From an uncultured Spirochaetota bacterium (GTDB lineage Bacteria; Spirochaetota; Brevinematia; Brevinematales; JAOACQ01), in assembly GCA_963835575.1 (NCBI GenBank), contig CAWIGG010000002.1, positions 1,856,001 to 1,920,000 of the forward strand: a stretch of 64,000 nt of DNA, written 5' to 3'. Made by a program: the position numbers and the translations under genes. The notes beneath the pieces are model-generated. The model saw only the letters and a program-made list of their open reading frames with translations, had not been told where the DNA came from and did not search any database. This document shows positions 39,685-49,201 of the stretch, piece by piece (positions within the stretch are counted from its first letter, which is position 1; every line of letters starts with the position of its first letter).

Positions 39685-40166
39685 AAATTTTTTATCATTT
39701 ATAATGCCCTTTCCTTACTGACATCACTGATCGAATACTTCTGGAACTTTAATGATCAGAATTTATTAAGGCCCCTTACTTTCAGCAACCTTCTCTACTT
39801 TATCCTGAATTTATTAACAATTATTTTTGTTTCGAAGCACTTTTTCATCTCACAGCCGCAGGCTGCCGCAGGCGAGATTCCGGAATCGTCCTTACAGCAG
39901 TACGGCATAACACCCAGGGAAAAGGAAATCATTATTATGATATCAAAGGGATTTACCAATAAAATGATGGCTTCAGCGTTAGGCATCGCCACATTGACTG
40001 TAAAAAATCATGTCTATAATATCTATCAAAAAACCAATGCCCTCAGCAAGATTGACTTAATAAATAAAATGAATCAAAACACCCTGACCATGGAATCCAG
40101 GATCGCGTCTATTTTTTCATAAATCATTTACGGTCGGCCGAAAAACAAAGAACAACTTTGACAGTT

Positions 40167-41318
40167 CTATAAATTTGATTTTTTAGAACTGACTTTATTC
40201 AATTCCATTTTGACGGATAATAAATCCATAATGTCTTTTGATGTAAGAATCCCGACCAGCTGATCCCCGGAAGCCACCATCAGCATGCCGCTGCCGGTCC
40301 GGTTCATCATCGACCAGGCTTTCTGCACTTCCATATCCGGTGTAATAGTATTTTGAACCGAACAGTCTTTTGACACATCGCCGACTTTTTTATTTTTCCA
40401 ATCGTCTCTTGGTATTTCCTTAATCTGTTCAGTTGAAATGCATCCTGTCAATTTCCCGTTATCGACAACCGGGAAAATTTTATAATGATATTTATAGATA
40501 TAATCTTCAACAAGCTCTTCTATTGTAATAAACGGCGGTACATTGACCGGATTTTCATTCATAACCTTCGCGGCAGATACACCTGCAATGACCTCATCCA
40601 TTAAAAGCTTTTTGTAAGAAGACCTTGCCGAGTTGTCCAGGAAAAATCCGATGATAAACCACCAGACCCCGTTGACAATATAGCCGGTTATGAATTGAAT
40701 AATCCCCAGGGCAATCAGCATAAATCCGAAGCCGGAACCTATTAAAGAGGCAATCCTTGTCGCTTTTTTCATATTATTTTTCCATTTCCACAAAGCCGCC
40801 CTCAGAATTCTACCGCCGTCAAGAGGAAAGGCGGGTATGAGGTTGAATCCCGCAAGTATCCAGTTGATAAAAGCAAGATAGCCGAAAACACCATAAACCG
40901 GGACAGGCCATTTTATCCATTTTCCCATATGCATCATACCGAAACAGAACAGCCCGATAACAATGCTGGCAAGAGGCCCGGCAATTGCCATCAGGAATTC
41001 TACTTTCGCGCTTTTAGGTTCCTCAGCAATACTGGCCACTCCGCCGAACAAAAAAAGCGTAATGGAACGGATCGGCACGCCGTATTTCCTGGCCACAAGC
41101 GAATGACTGACCTCATGTAATATTATGGAAGCAAATAAACCAATCGCTCCGATAAAGCCCATCAGCCACAGAGATAACTGTGATAAATTCTGGTAATATG
41201 AGGGAAAAAGTCCCGTGGCAAGCGACCACGTTATTAATACTACTATAATCAGCCAGCTTAAATCAATTTTGATATCAAATCCAAAGAGGCTGAATATTTT
41301 TATTGACCTGCCGAACAT
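40167..41318 (-). CDS. site-2 protease (M50) with CBS domains
   Basis: LHEVSH, AIAGP, FNLIPAFPLDGGR, CBS pair. Confidence 0.93.
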   Translation of the reverse strand: MFGRSIKIFSLFGFDIKIDLSWLIIVVLITWSLATGLFPSYYQNLSQLSLWLMGFIGAIGLFASIILHEVSHSLVARKYGVPIRSITLFLFGGVASIAEEPKSAKVEFLMAIAGPLASIVIGLFCFGMMHMGKWIKWPVPVYGVFGYLAFINWILAGFNLIPAFPLDGGRILRAALWKWKNNMKKATRIASLIGSGFGFMLIALGIIQFITGYIVNGVWWFIIGFFLDNSARSSYKKLLMDEVIAGVSAAKVMNENPVNVPPFITIEELVEDYIYKYHYKIFPVVDNGKLTGCISTEQIKEIPRDDWKNKKVGDVSKDCSVQNTITPDMEVQKAWSMMNRTGSGMLMVASGDQLVGILTSKDIMDLLSVKMELNKVSSKKSNL

Positions 41319-41446
41319 AAATAACTCCTCATAAATCTTATCTTATTACTTAAATATAATACAATATTAAACAGGGGGCAATAGTTCTTTCAAACCTGTT
41401 TTGAACAATTTATTCGACAAAGGACTAAATAATTTGTTTTATATAT

Positions 41447-41484
41447 TTGACAAAATAGAGCATTTATCGTATTATTATAATATA
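41447..41484 (+). promoter_or_regulatory. promoter and putative ArsR operator
   Basis: TTGACA-N17-TATTAT overlapped by TATCGTATTATTATAATATA; motif repeated at 41780-41799 and 42671-42690. Confidence 0.65.
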
Positions 41485-41503
41485 TAAATTTTTTGGACAA
41501 AGT

Positions 41504-41764
41504 ATGGATTTTAAGGTTAACAGTGAAATATTAAAAGCCCTTGGTCATCCTATCCGTCTCCAGATAGTCAGCGGCCTGGCTGATGATAACGACTGCAATG
41601 TGAACAGTATGGCGGAAAAGCTGAAAATACCTCAATCGACTGTGTCCCAGCATCTCGGGATCCTGAAGTCAAGAGGAATTATAACTGCGCGCAAGAAAGG
41701 CGTGGAAACATGTTATTTTGTTTCTGACAGCCGTGTAAAGAAAATACTTGATATTCTCAATTAG
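41504..41764 (+). CDS. ArsR/SmtB-family regulator
   Basis: LKALGHPIRLQI, QSTVSQHL..LK..G. Confidence 0.92.
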   Translation: MDFKVNSEILKALGHPIRLQIVSGLADDNDCNVNSMAEKLKIPQSTVSQHLGILKSRGIITARKKGVETCYFVSDSRVKKILDILN

Positions 41765-41818
41765 TTTTTTTAAGAATTATATCGCATTATTGGAATATAC
41801 AAATATAAGGAGTTAAAT

Positions 41819-42184
41819 ATGCTGGAACATTTGACAGATGAAAGCTTTAAAAAAAAGGTGTTCGATTATGAAAGCTGTAAAGAATGGAAATTCAACGGGG
41901 ACCTTCCCTGCCTTGTCGATTTTTATACGGACTGGTGCGGACCCTGTAAAATGGTCGCGCCTACGCTGGAAAGCCTGGCAGAGGAATTCAATGGAAAGGT
42001 CAATATATATAAAGTCAATACCGACCAGGAAGCCCGGCTCGCGGGCGCATTCGGTATAAACACGATCCCTTCCCTTCTTTTTATTCCGAAGGAAGGACAG
42101 CCGCAGATGGCAGTCGGGGCTATGAGCCGTAAAAATTTTGAAGAAGCCTTTGAAGAGATTTTAAAAGTAAAAAAAGAGGTTTAA
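41819..42184 (+). CDS. trxA: thioredoxin
   Basis: DFYTDWCGPCK, IPSLLF. Confidence 0.9.
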   Translation: MLEHLTDESFKKKVFDYESCKEWKFNGDLPCLVDFYTDWCGPCKMVAPTLESLAEEFNGKVNIYKVNTDQEARLAGAFGINTIPSLLFIPKEGQPQMAVGAMSRKNFEEAFEEILKVKKEV

Positions 42185-42185
42185 T

Positions 42186-42407
42186 ATGGCCCAGATCGCT
42201 TTTGTCAATCCCGGGCTTTGCGATAAAAGGCCGGCATGCCCTTCCAGATACTTTTGTCCGCAGAAAGCAATTTACCAGAAAAATAATAAAGGCTCAATCA
42301 ATCCGTTCCTGGGCGGCTTATCTATAGTCGATCCGGCTAAATGCACCGGATGCGGCATCTGCGTGCGTTACTGCCCGCATAAAGCAATCAGTATAATAAA
42401 TGCATAG
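42186..42407 (+). CDS. small 4Fe-4S ferredoxin
   Basis: C..C..CP and CTGCGICVRYCP. Confidence 0.85.
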   Translation: MAQIAFVNPGLCDKRPACPSRYFCPQKAIYQKNNKGSINPFLGGLSIVDPAKCTGCGICVRYCPHKAISIINA

Positions 42408-42437
42408 TAGAGACGTACGGCCGTACGTCTCTACTAT
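42404..42437. repeat. GTAG-type REP-like perfect palindrome
   Basis: ATAGTAGAGACGTACGG|CCGTACGTCTCTACTAT, 34-bp perfect palindrome. Confidence 0.85.
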
Positions 42438-42447
42438 ATGGAATAAA

Positions 42448-42654
42448 TTATGCCTTCTTCTTTTTTGTCGAAATTCCGAAAGGAAAATAGAGAGGGCAAA
42501 AACCGATCAGGCTTGTCACTACAAAAATGACAGCAATTACCCCCAGGATAATCGCCGCCAGTCCGCTGATCTGATGCATGAGATAAAGGACAAGAACAAT
42601 AACAGCAAGAACAACCCGGATAATTCTGTCAATAACACCCATATTCTTAGGCAT
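42448..42654 (-). CDS. DUF2892 (YgaP-like) membrane protein
   Basis: MPKNMG.IDRIIR...T..IGFCPLY..FGIST; GGAGG RBS before 42654. Confidence 0.9.
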   Translation of the reverse strand: MPKNMGVIDRIIRVVLAVIVLVLYLMHQISGLAAIILGVIAVIFVVTSLIGFCPLYFPFGISTKKKKA

Positions 42655-42894
42655 AAGAAACCTCCATATATATTGTATTATCACAATATATTAATATAAT
42701 AAAAGTAATCAAAATATAAAAATTAGTCAAGCTCTGTTCATTTTATTTTATTAAATGGCGGAAAATAAATGCCATGAATAAAGAGCGGTCTTAAGGACCT
42801 GTGGTTTTTGGGTAAGCCCATGATTACAATACGCCCTTAAAGTTTAATTATTTTTGTTTTTAAATTACAATATATATGATTCAAGGAGGCTGTA

Positions 42895-43401
42895 ATGCGT
42901 TTTTTATTAATCGGTATCATATTATCAGCGGCAGTTTCGGCCCAGGCCCTTGACATTAACGGCAAGCTGCCGGACGTCAACTCGAAAAAGCTTTCGGGAG
43001 CCGATGTTTCCGACTCGGCCATGCAGGAACTGTCTAAAGAGCTCAAGAATGTTCAGAATGATAAGGGACCCATTGTCTTTAAAACGGGAAGCGCCGTACT
43101 GGAAGCGTCAAAATGTGAAATAACCCTCAAAGCGATACATGAAATTATTTTAAGGTTCCCCGGGTTTCTTGTTCAGATCGAAGGGCATACCGATAATGCC
43201 GGAAAATCAAAGTTTAACATGACCCTTTCCAGGAAACGCGCAGAAGCGGTGAGGGCTTATCTGATAAAAAAATACAGAACGCCGGCAAAAAGAATGACGG
43301 CAAAGGGTTTCGGGGATACCAGGCCGATCGCCGACAATAAAGCGGAAGAAGGCAGGTCAAAAAACCGCCGTGTCGATTTCTCGGTCTTCAGGATGAAATA
43401 A
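42895..43401 (+). CDS. OmpA-family protein
   Basis: Signal peptide, IEGHTD, LS..RA.AV, KGFG..RP, NRRVDF. Confidence 0.9.
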   Translation: MRFLLIGIILSAAVSAQALDINGKLPDVNSKKLSGADVSDSAMQELSKELKNVQNDKGPIVFKTGSAVLEASKCEITLKAIHEIILRFPGFLVQIEGHTDNAGKSKFNMTLSRKRAEAVRAYLIKKYRTPAKRMTAKGFGDTRPIADNKAEEGRSKNRRVDFSVFRMK

Positions 43402-43446
43402 ATTCCCGATTTTAAAAAATAATAGCGAAAGAAACAACGGAACGTG

Positions 43447-43529
43447 ACCACAGATTACACTGATTTCACAGACTCGCAGTGCGTCTGTCGAATCTAAACT
43501 TCCAAAAATTAATCTGTGTCATCTGTGGT
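43447..43529. repeat. REP-like inverted repeat (ACCACAGAT.../ATCTGTGGT)
   Basis: Tandem 9-mer arms in inverted orientation. Confidence 0.7.
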
Positions 43530-43582
43530 TCCAACTTGTAAGATTTAAATTCTAAGACAAAGACAGATATATCGAGGCGCCT

Positions 43583-44449
43583 ATGACTATCAGGAAAATC
43601 AGCGTTTCCCGCTCTTACAGCGGCGGCGGTCAGTTCCTTCATTTAACAGAAGATCTCTCTGATGATAAAAAAGAAAAGAAATTGACTAAATACGATCCCC
43701 TGGGGAATTTAATTCATTTACAGCGGATCAATTTCGATGATAAAGGACGCGTTTTGAGCCAGGAAGATTCCTTTCCAGCCGACAATATGTCCACAAAATT
43801 AAAAACGGAATACATGGATGACAGCCGGAAAAAAATCGACCGCGAGTTTTATCAGGACGGATCCAACAGCAAAATCATTTCATATTATAACGCTCAAAAC
43901 AAATTCCTTTCCATCGAAAAATTTGAGGACGAGACATCAGAAGTTCCCTTTGAAACCACTTATTTCGATTATAACGGTTCGGGGCATCTTCTGGAAGTCA
44001 GGATTGAGGATCAAGAAAAAAATATTCTTGAAAAAACACTCATGATATACGATAAGAAATCCCGTCCGGCAAAAATTGAAATCATAAAGGAAGAAACGCA
44101 TCAGGAAAGGACACAGGAATACGACGGCAAAGGCCGCGTTGTAAAAAGCGCGACATATCAAAACGGGAATTTGACCGAGGAAATTGAATCCGCGTATAAC
44201 GACGAAAATTGCACCCGGGAGGATAACATCCGGGCTGAAGGCCATGAAATCAAGATAAAATATGACAAAAACGGGCGCATGATTTATCAGGAAAGGATCA
44301 TTCCGCACGGAAATCATCAGAAGGAAATAATCAAAATAAGCATGGAATACGATGAGAAAGGATTTCTTCTTTCCGAATCGCATCTGGACAGCGTCAATCC
44401 TCAGGGCTGCTTTACAGACCGTTATGAATATGAGTTTTTTCCTGAATAA
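43583..44449 (+). CDS. hypothetical protein with YD-like repeats
   Basis: Recurrent 'YD.KG' motifs. Confidence 0.7.
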   Translation: MTIRKISVSRSYSGGGQFLHLTEDLSDDKKEKKLTKYDPLGNLIHLQRINFDDKGRVLSQEDSFPADNMSTKLKTEYMDDSRKKIDREFYQDGSNSKIISYYNAQNKFLSIEKFEDETSEVPFETTYFDYNGSGHLLEVRIEDQEKNILEKTLMIYDKKSRPAKIEIIKEETHQERTQEYDGKGRVVKSATYQNGNLTEEIESAYNDENCTREDNIRAEGHEIKIKYDKNGRMIYQERIIPHGNHQKEIIKISMEYDEKGFLLSESHLDSVNPQGCFTDRYEYEFFPE

Positions 44450-44458
44450 GGAAACTGT

Positions 44459-45409
44459 ATGAACCGAATTGACCGGCTTTCGGCAATCCTCATCATCCTG
44501 CAGTCAAAAAGAATAGTCAAAGCTCAGGAAATCGCGGAAAAGTTTGAAGTCAGCATGCGTACAATCTACCGTGATATGCTGGCTTTAGGCGAGGCCGGCG
44601 TGCCTATCCGGTCGGAAGCCGGCATAGGATATTCACTTATGGAAGGTTATACTCTGCCGCCTGTCATGCTGACAAGGGACGAAGCAGGAGCAATCCTTAC
44701 CGCCGGAAAGGTCTTCGATAAATATGCCGGGAATTATATGAAAACCCAATTCGATTCGGCCCTTGCCAAGATTAAGGCTGTTTTAAAAACTCTCGATAAA
44801 GATTATCTCGAGAACCTGGACGGGAAAATATCTTCCATCAGTTTTGATAAACCGGCCGCCGGCGAAGGCTCCACACTCGCTTTACTCGAAACAGCGCTCG
44901 CCGGAAACAGGGTTGTTTTTATAGAATACTTTTCAAACAGCAGTCATGAAACGACTTCCAGGGAAATTGAACCGATGGGCGTCTTTTTCTACTCCGGCAG
45001 CTGGCATATGATCGCATACTGCAGGCTGAGGAAAGGATTCCGCCAGTTCAGGCTGGACCGGATTAAATCGGTTCATCTCAGGGATGAAACTTTCAACCCG
45101 GACAAATTTAAGTCAATCGATAAAATATTACAGGATTCTTTTGAAGGCATTGCGCTTCACAAAGTCATCATCCGTTTTAAAAAAAACAGCCGTTATTCCG
45201 AGTTCAAAAACCGCATTATTTTCGGTTTTCAGCAGGAAAAAGAATTGGACGGTAAAGTTGAACTGACCTTCCTTGTCGATTCCCTTCCATTTATCTGCCG
45301 CTGGCTGATCAATTTTGGAAACGAAGCCGAAATCATTTCCCCTCAGGAGCTGAAGGATTTAATGAAAAAGCTCTTATCCGAATTATCAAGCCATTATCTG
45401 AAAGAATAA
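44459..45409 (+). CDS. YafY-family HTH-WYL transcriptional regulator
   Basis: MNRIDRL, EVS.RTIYRD, G.GY, REIEP...WH..AYC.LR..FRQFRLDRI. Confidence 0.94.
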   Translation: MNRIDRLSAILIILQSKRIVKAQEIAEKFEVSMRTIYRDMLALGEAGVPIRSEAGIGYSLMEGYTLPPVMLTRDEAGAILTAGKVFDKYAGNYMKTQFDSALAKIKAVLKTLDKDYLENLDGKISSISFDKPAAGEGSTLALLETALAGNRVVFIEYFSNSSHETTSREIEPMGVFFYSGSWHMIAYCRLRKGFRQFRLDRIKSVHLRDETFNPDKFKSIDKILQDSFEGIALHKVIIRFKKNSRYSEFKNRIIFGFQQEKELDGKVELTFLVDSLPFICRWLINFGNEAEIISPQELKDLMKKLLSELSSHYLKE

Positions 45410-45653
45410 AATATTTCATTGTACTGAGTTTAGCAGCCGCCGCATATGCCGTGCAAATTCTCGCGGCCGGGTCATAGTGCGGAATCATGCGGCCGCTGGG
45501 TTCGCTGGTTGGCAAGCCCTTCGGCAAGCTCAGGGCAGGCTCTGTCGAACCACGAACTCCACTGCTTGCCCTGAGCACTTCGTTTTACTCAGTGTAAACT
45601 CCGCGAATGGGCAGCAGCGGTATTTGCATCAACAAAACAATTATATCAGCAGC

Positions 45654-45690
45654 GGGCAGTTCCAAAAACCTGAAATTTTTGGAACTGCCC
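45654..45690. repeat. family A palindrome
   Basis: GGGCAGTTCCAAAAA-N7-TTTTTGGAACTGCCC. Confidence 0.85.
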
Positions 45691-45752
45691 TTGAAGCATA
45701 TTTTATAGTTCAATACATTATCAAAAACTATTAGTTTTTTATATTGTATTGC

Positions 45753-45768
45753 TGACATAGGGTTGTCA
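45753..45768. promoter_or_regulatory. putative WYL/YafY operator
   Basis: TGACA-N6-TGTCA upstream of the gene following yafY. Confidence 0.6.
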
Positions 45769-45809
45769 CTCCCGCATGTTAAACTCATGCGTAATAAAGG
45801 AGGAACCTT

Positions 45810-46298
45810 ATGGAATTGAATTATCAGGTCCTGGAAAACGAGATTATAGAACTGCTTTCGAAGAAAAAGACAATGGTTTTTGCGACATCAGACGGGAACC
45901 ATGTCACTGCCCGTTCCATGTCGGTCATAACGGACGGATTGAATGTTTATTTTCAGACATCAAGAGATTTCCAGAAATGTTCCCAGATCGCCGGCAACCC
46001 GAGCGCTGCGCTCTGCTCCGATAACATCGCGTATGAGGGGAAAGCGTTTATCACCGGGGGACCGTATGAAATCCATAACACTTTTTTCAGGGAAAATTTC
46101 CCGAAAGCCCATGCCGCTTCGTTTGAAAGTTACAGCCGCCTTCCGGATCAAACAGTCATCATGGTCAAACCGAGCCTGATCACACTCTGGAAATACGGCG
46201 AACCAAACCCCTTCCGCGATTTTCTTGATGTTGAAAACCGGAAAGCATGGAGGATAATTCAGCCTGTTTTCCGCGACGGGGTTTTTTATGACGCCTGA
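45810..46298 (+). CDS. pyridoxamine 5'-phosphate oxidase-like (split barrel) protein
   Basis: MVFATS....VTARSMS, YFQT...K..QI..NP..ALC. Confidence 0.85.
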   Translation: MELNYQVLENEIIELLSKKKTMVFATSDGNHVTARSMSVITDGLNVYFQTSRDFQKCSQIAGNPSAALCSDNIAYEGKAFITGGPYEIHNTFFRENFPKAHAASFESYSRLPDQTVIMVKPSLITLWKYGEPNPFRDFLDVENRKAWRIIQPVFRDGVFYDA

Positions 46299-46393
46299 AA
46301 TCCCGATCATGAATGAAATCAGCCTGGACGGCGATTTTCTTGATTTATAATCGCGGGGAAGCTAACAAAGAACCGGCTGATATGTATGGATAA

Positions 46394-47224
46394 TTATTGA
46401 TTCAAGCGGTCAAACCCGGCCATCAGATCGGCCGTTTTGACCATAACCAGTCCGGCGAGATAGGCGGGGAAACTTTCATTCAGCTGAGGGCGCCTTTCCT
46501 GGCAGATGATGGTCAGACCGGAACCTTCATCCATCCAGGGAAGCAGCTTCGCTTCCACCGGAGGCAGTTCGCCGGCCCCGGGCGCCTCTATTGTCACAAG
46601 CTCCGGAACACGCCCCTCTTCCTTTTTCCAGTACAGGTCCAGGGTACCGAAGGAAGCTTTCACGGCGCCCTCCAGATATTGGACCCCTTTTCTCACGGTT
46701 ATATTATTCCACACAATACTCCGGGGTGTTTTCATTTCGGGGGCAGATGGCGGTTTTTTCAATTCCGGCAGAGCGGAAAAAAGGTCCGCTGTCGATACGC
46801 CCGCTACCGCTCGGATCGTATACGGCTTTTTAGAATGAAGGAGGGGAGGCCATTCCAGGAACAAAATCGTGACCCCGCTGTTGACAACCAGCGGTAATAC
46901 CTTCTTTTCTTCCGCCGGCAATTCACCGGCCCCGGGGGCTTCTATTGTGACCAGCCGGATTGTTTTCTTTTCCGGCTCCAGTATCCATTGAAATTCAAAC
47001 CTGCCGAAATCAGCCGCGACGGCGCCGGTTTTTACAATCCTTCCCTTTTCCTCATGAGGCGCCTGCCAGACGATCTTATTCTTTTTTAAATGTCTCAGGT
47101 GTTTTGTAAAGTCCTGGTCCGGGCTGCCCGCCATGGCGGAAAATACCGACGTGATGAAAACCAGTATAAAAATAACCGAAATTCTGGAAAGCCTGCCTGT
47201 ATTATCGGATTTGCTCAACATCAA
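46394..47224 (-). CDS. secreted hypothetical protein with tandem duplicated domain
   Basis: Signal-like N-terminus; LVTIEAPGAGELP occurs twice. Confidence 0.7.
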   Translation of the reverse strand: MMLSKSDNTGRLSRISVIFILVFITSVFSAMAGSPDQDFTKHLRHLKKNKIVWQAPHEEKGRIVKTGAVAADFGRFEFQWILEPEKKTIRLVTIEAPGAGELPAEEKKVLPLVVNSGVTILFLEWPPLLHSKKPYTIRAVAGVSTADLFSALPELKKPPSAPEMKTPRSIVWNNITVRKGVQYLEGAVKASFGTLDLYWKKEEGRVPELVTIEAPGAGELPPVEAKLLPWMDEGSGLTIICQERRPQLNESFPAYLAGLVMVKTADLMAGFDRLNQ

Positions 47225-47380
47225 TTTTGTTCCCCCTATTTATTAATGCCAACGGATAATGCTATTCCCCGCCTCTATCCTGCATTCCGGGACTTTTCCT
47301 GTTCCGCATTTTCTAGAATGAGCGCCTTCCGCCTAAACAAACGGAAAAACCCGTCAGCAATCGCAGGAAAAAGAACCAGG

Positions 47381-48853
47381 TCAAAATCCGAAGGCCGTGC
47401 AAACCCAGTAATCGCCGGAGATGGACATAGACGCGAAAGTACCGTTCCATTGGAAAAATAACAGAGAATAGGGAAACCATCCACTCGATGAATAGGTTGA
47501 AGTACCAGCGGAATATGTCATTAAAGGCAGTAGGCCTTTCCGTCCGAGCGGTTGTAAAGTCTGAAAATTGAGTGTTGTAAAATTATAGCGCGGATCGCTT
47601 GAAACACCTGTCCCCGATAATACCAGGGCCAGAGTGAAGTTATTGAATATGGCATTGAAATCGGCGCCGGTTGCTGATTCCACGGCCGCCACCCCTACTT
47701 TCGAGGTCGAGCACATATTCGATGTTACCGTATCGCCGTACTGTTCGATCAAATAGCGGATAAACAGGGCGCCGTAGCCGTAATTAATAATTGTCCAGTA
47801 GGTCAGAGACAATTGATAATTGTAGCTGGTATCAGATAGAAAACTATTAATCCAATTGGTATGGTTATCGACATAACCGTTATAATACTCCGCCGCCTGG
47901 GAAAGTGCCTCATTCAGCCATGTATATGTGTATGTGACCCCATTGTTGAAATGCTGATCAAAATAGATCATGTGCTGAAATTCGTGCGCCAGCGTAGCTT
48001 TGACAATATTGCCCTGATATGCAGGCGAAGTAGTTATATAAATAATATCCCCGTCGTTCGAATAGGGATTATTGGTAGAATTAGCATATTTGTCGTTCGG
48101 ATAAAAATATCCGAGAAGACCGGCGTTAGTGTTCGGTAATGCCTCTGAAAAAACTATGATCACCTTTCCGTTGCCGTCAACGTCATTCTCGGTGCCGAAT
48201 TTGGCATTATTTGTTGCATGGATCTTATCGAAAGTCGACCCATACGAATTAGCGCTGATATAAGGAGCCATTGATGCCAGATCGCGGTTATCCACATAAA
48301 TGTAAGAATAGGTTGAAATATTGGTGCAGGTGGCGGTTATGGTACTTCCATCAACGGCGATAATGAAAGTCCGGCTGTCTCCAATCGAAACACCGGCCTT
48401 TGCAGACGCGTCCGCGCTTAAGCCGGAAACATTTCCGGAAAACTGTTTTTCGCGGCTTGCCAGCAATCGGTTTTCCTCCGAACGCATCTTTTCATCCCAT
48501 GAAATCTGGCCTTGATGATAAACCAGATTGGCCGGACGGGCGCTATTTGGAAGAAAGCTGATAGACGCCGCCATGGAAGGAGAAACAGACGCGGCTGTTG
48601 TCAGTGTAAAAGGGTATAATGTTAAAGGGGGATAAGTATTACCTTCCGGTTTGGCCGACGGCTGGGCTGAAAGGATCGTATAAATGACTTTACCGTTTAA
48701 ATCGGTTATGCTGTTTGTACCAAAAATAACCAAACTCGCCGGAGTACCTCCGCCTCCCCCGCCCCCACCACCGCCGGGCTGGACGGTACAGCCGGACAAC
48801 ACCATAAACACAAGAATCGGGATAAAAAACATAACTGAAAACTTACGATACAT
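47381..48853 (-). CDS. lipoprotein, M30-like zinc metallopeptidase
   Basis: Lipobox LSGC, DVDGNGK, TLAHEFQHMI, WLNEALSQ.AE. Confidence 0.85.
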   Translation of the reverse strand: MYRKFSVMFFIPILVFMVLSGCTVQPGGGGGGGGGGTPASLVIFGTNSITDLNGKVIYTILSAQPSAKPEGNTYPPLTLYPFTLTTAASVSPSMAASISFLPNSARPANLVYHQGQISWDEKMRSEENRLLASREKQFSGNVSGLSADASAKAGVSIGDSRTFIIAVDGSTITATCTNISTYSYIYVDNRDLASMAPYISANSYGSTFDKIHATNNAKFGTENDVDGNGKVIIVFSEALPNTNAGLLGYFYPNDKYANSTNNPYSNDGDIIYITTSPAYQGNIVKATLAHEFQHMIYFDQHFNNGVTYTYTWLNEALSQAAEYYNGYVDNHTNWINSFLSDTSYNYQLSLTYWTIINYGYGALFIRYLIEQYGDTVTSNMCSTSKVGVAAVESATGADFNAIFNNFTLALVLSGTGVSSDPRYNFTTLNFQTLQPLGRKGLLPLMTYSAGTSTYSSSGWFPYSLLFFQWNGTFASMSISGDYWVCTAFGF

Positions 48854-49201
48854 TTAAACCTCCCTAAAAATACTTTATCTTGTTAACTTTATAATAAAAT
48901 AACATAATTTGCAATAATTTCAATGAATTAAACAGATTTAAAATTTTTAAGAAAAAAACCGGCATTATCTAATATCTATTCAAATGCCGAACAAATATTC
49001 AGTGTTTTTTTTACCGCAACTCCGGTTCTTAATACCGGCAGTATAGTCTGCAGATAAAACGGGATACTCCATCATTTCGAATGGTGAATTTAACTTTATC
49101 AATCATTTATATTTGTAAATTTTCCCACCAGACATTAAAATATTCCTGCTTAATAATTACATTATCTAAACAGCCAAAAATAATTCAGGAGAATACATAT
49201 T

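Larger units (their letters stand above)
37750..40122 (+). pseudogene. membrane-anchored LuxR-family regulator, 5' truncated, frameshifted and split by IS66
   Basis: TM-rich frames 37750-38165 resume in frame after the TSD at 39685 to ITPREKEII..GFTNK..A..LGI...TVKNHVYNIYQK (LuxR HTH). Confidence 0.82.

Noticed and set aside
43583..44449. Rhs toxin
   Set aside because: Short, with no Rhs core DPxG end motif, toxin tip or immunity gene.
48749..48778. poly-Gly tract as phase-variable repeat
   Set aside because: Encoded by mixed codons; not a simple sequence repeat.
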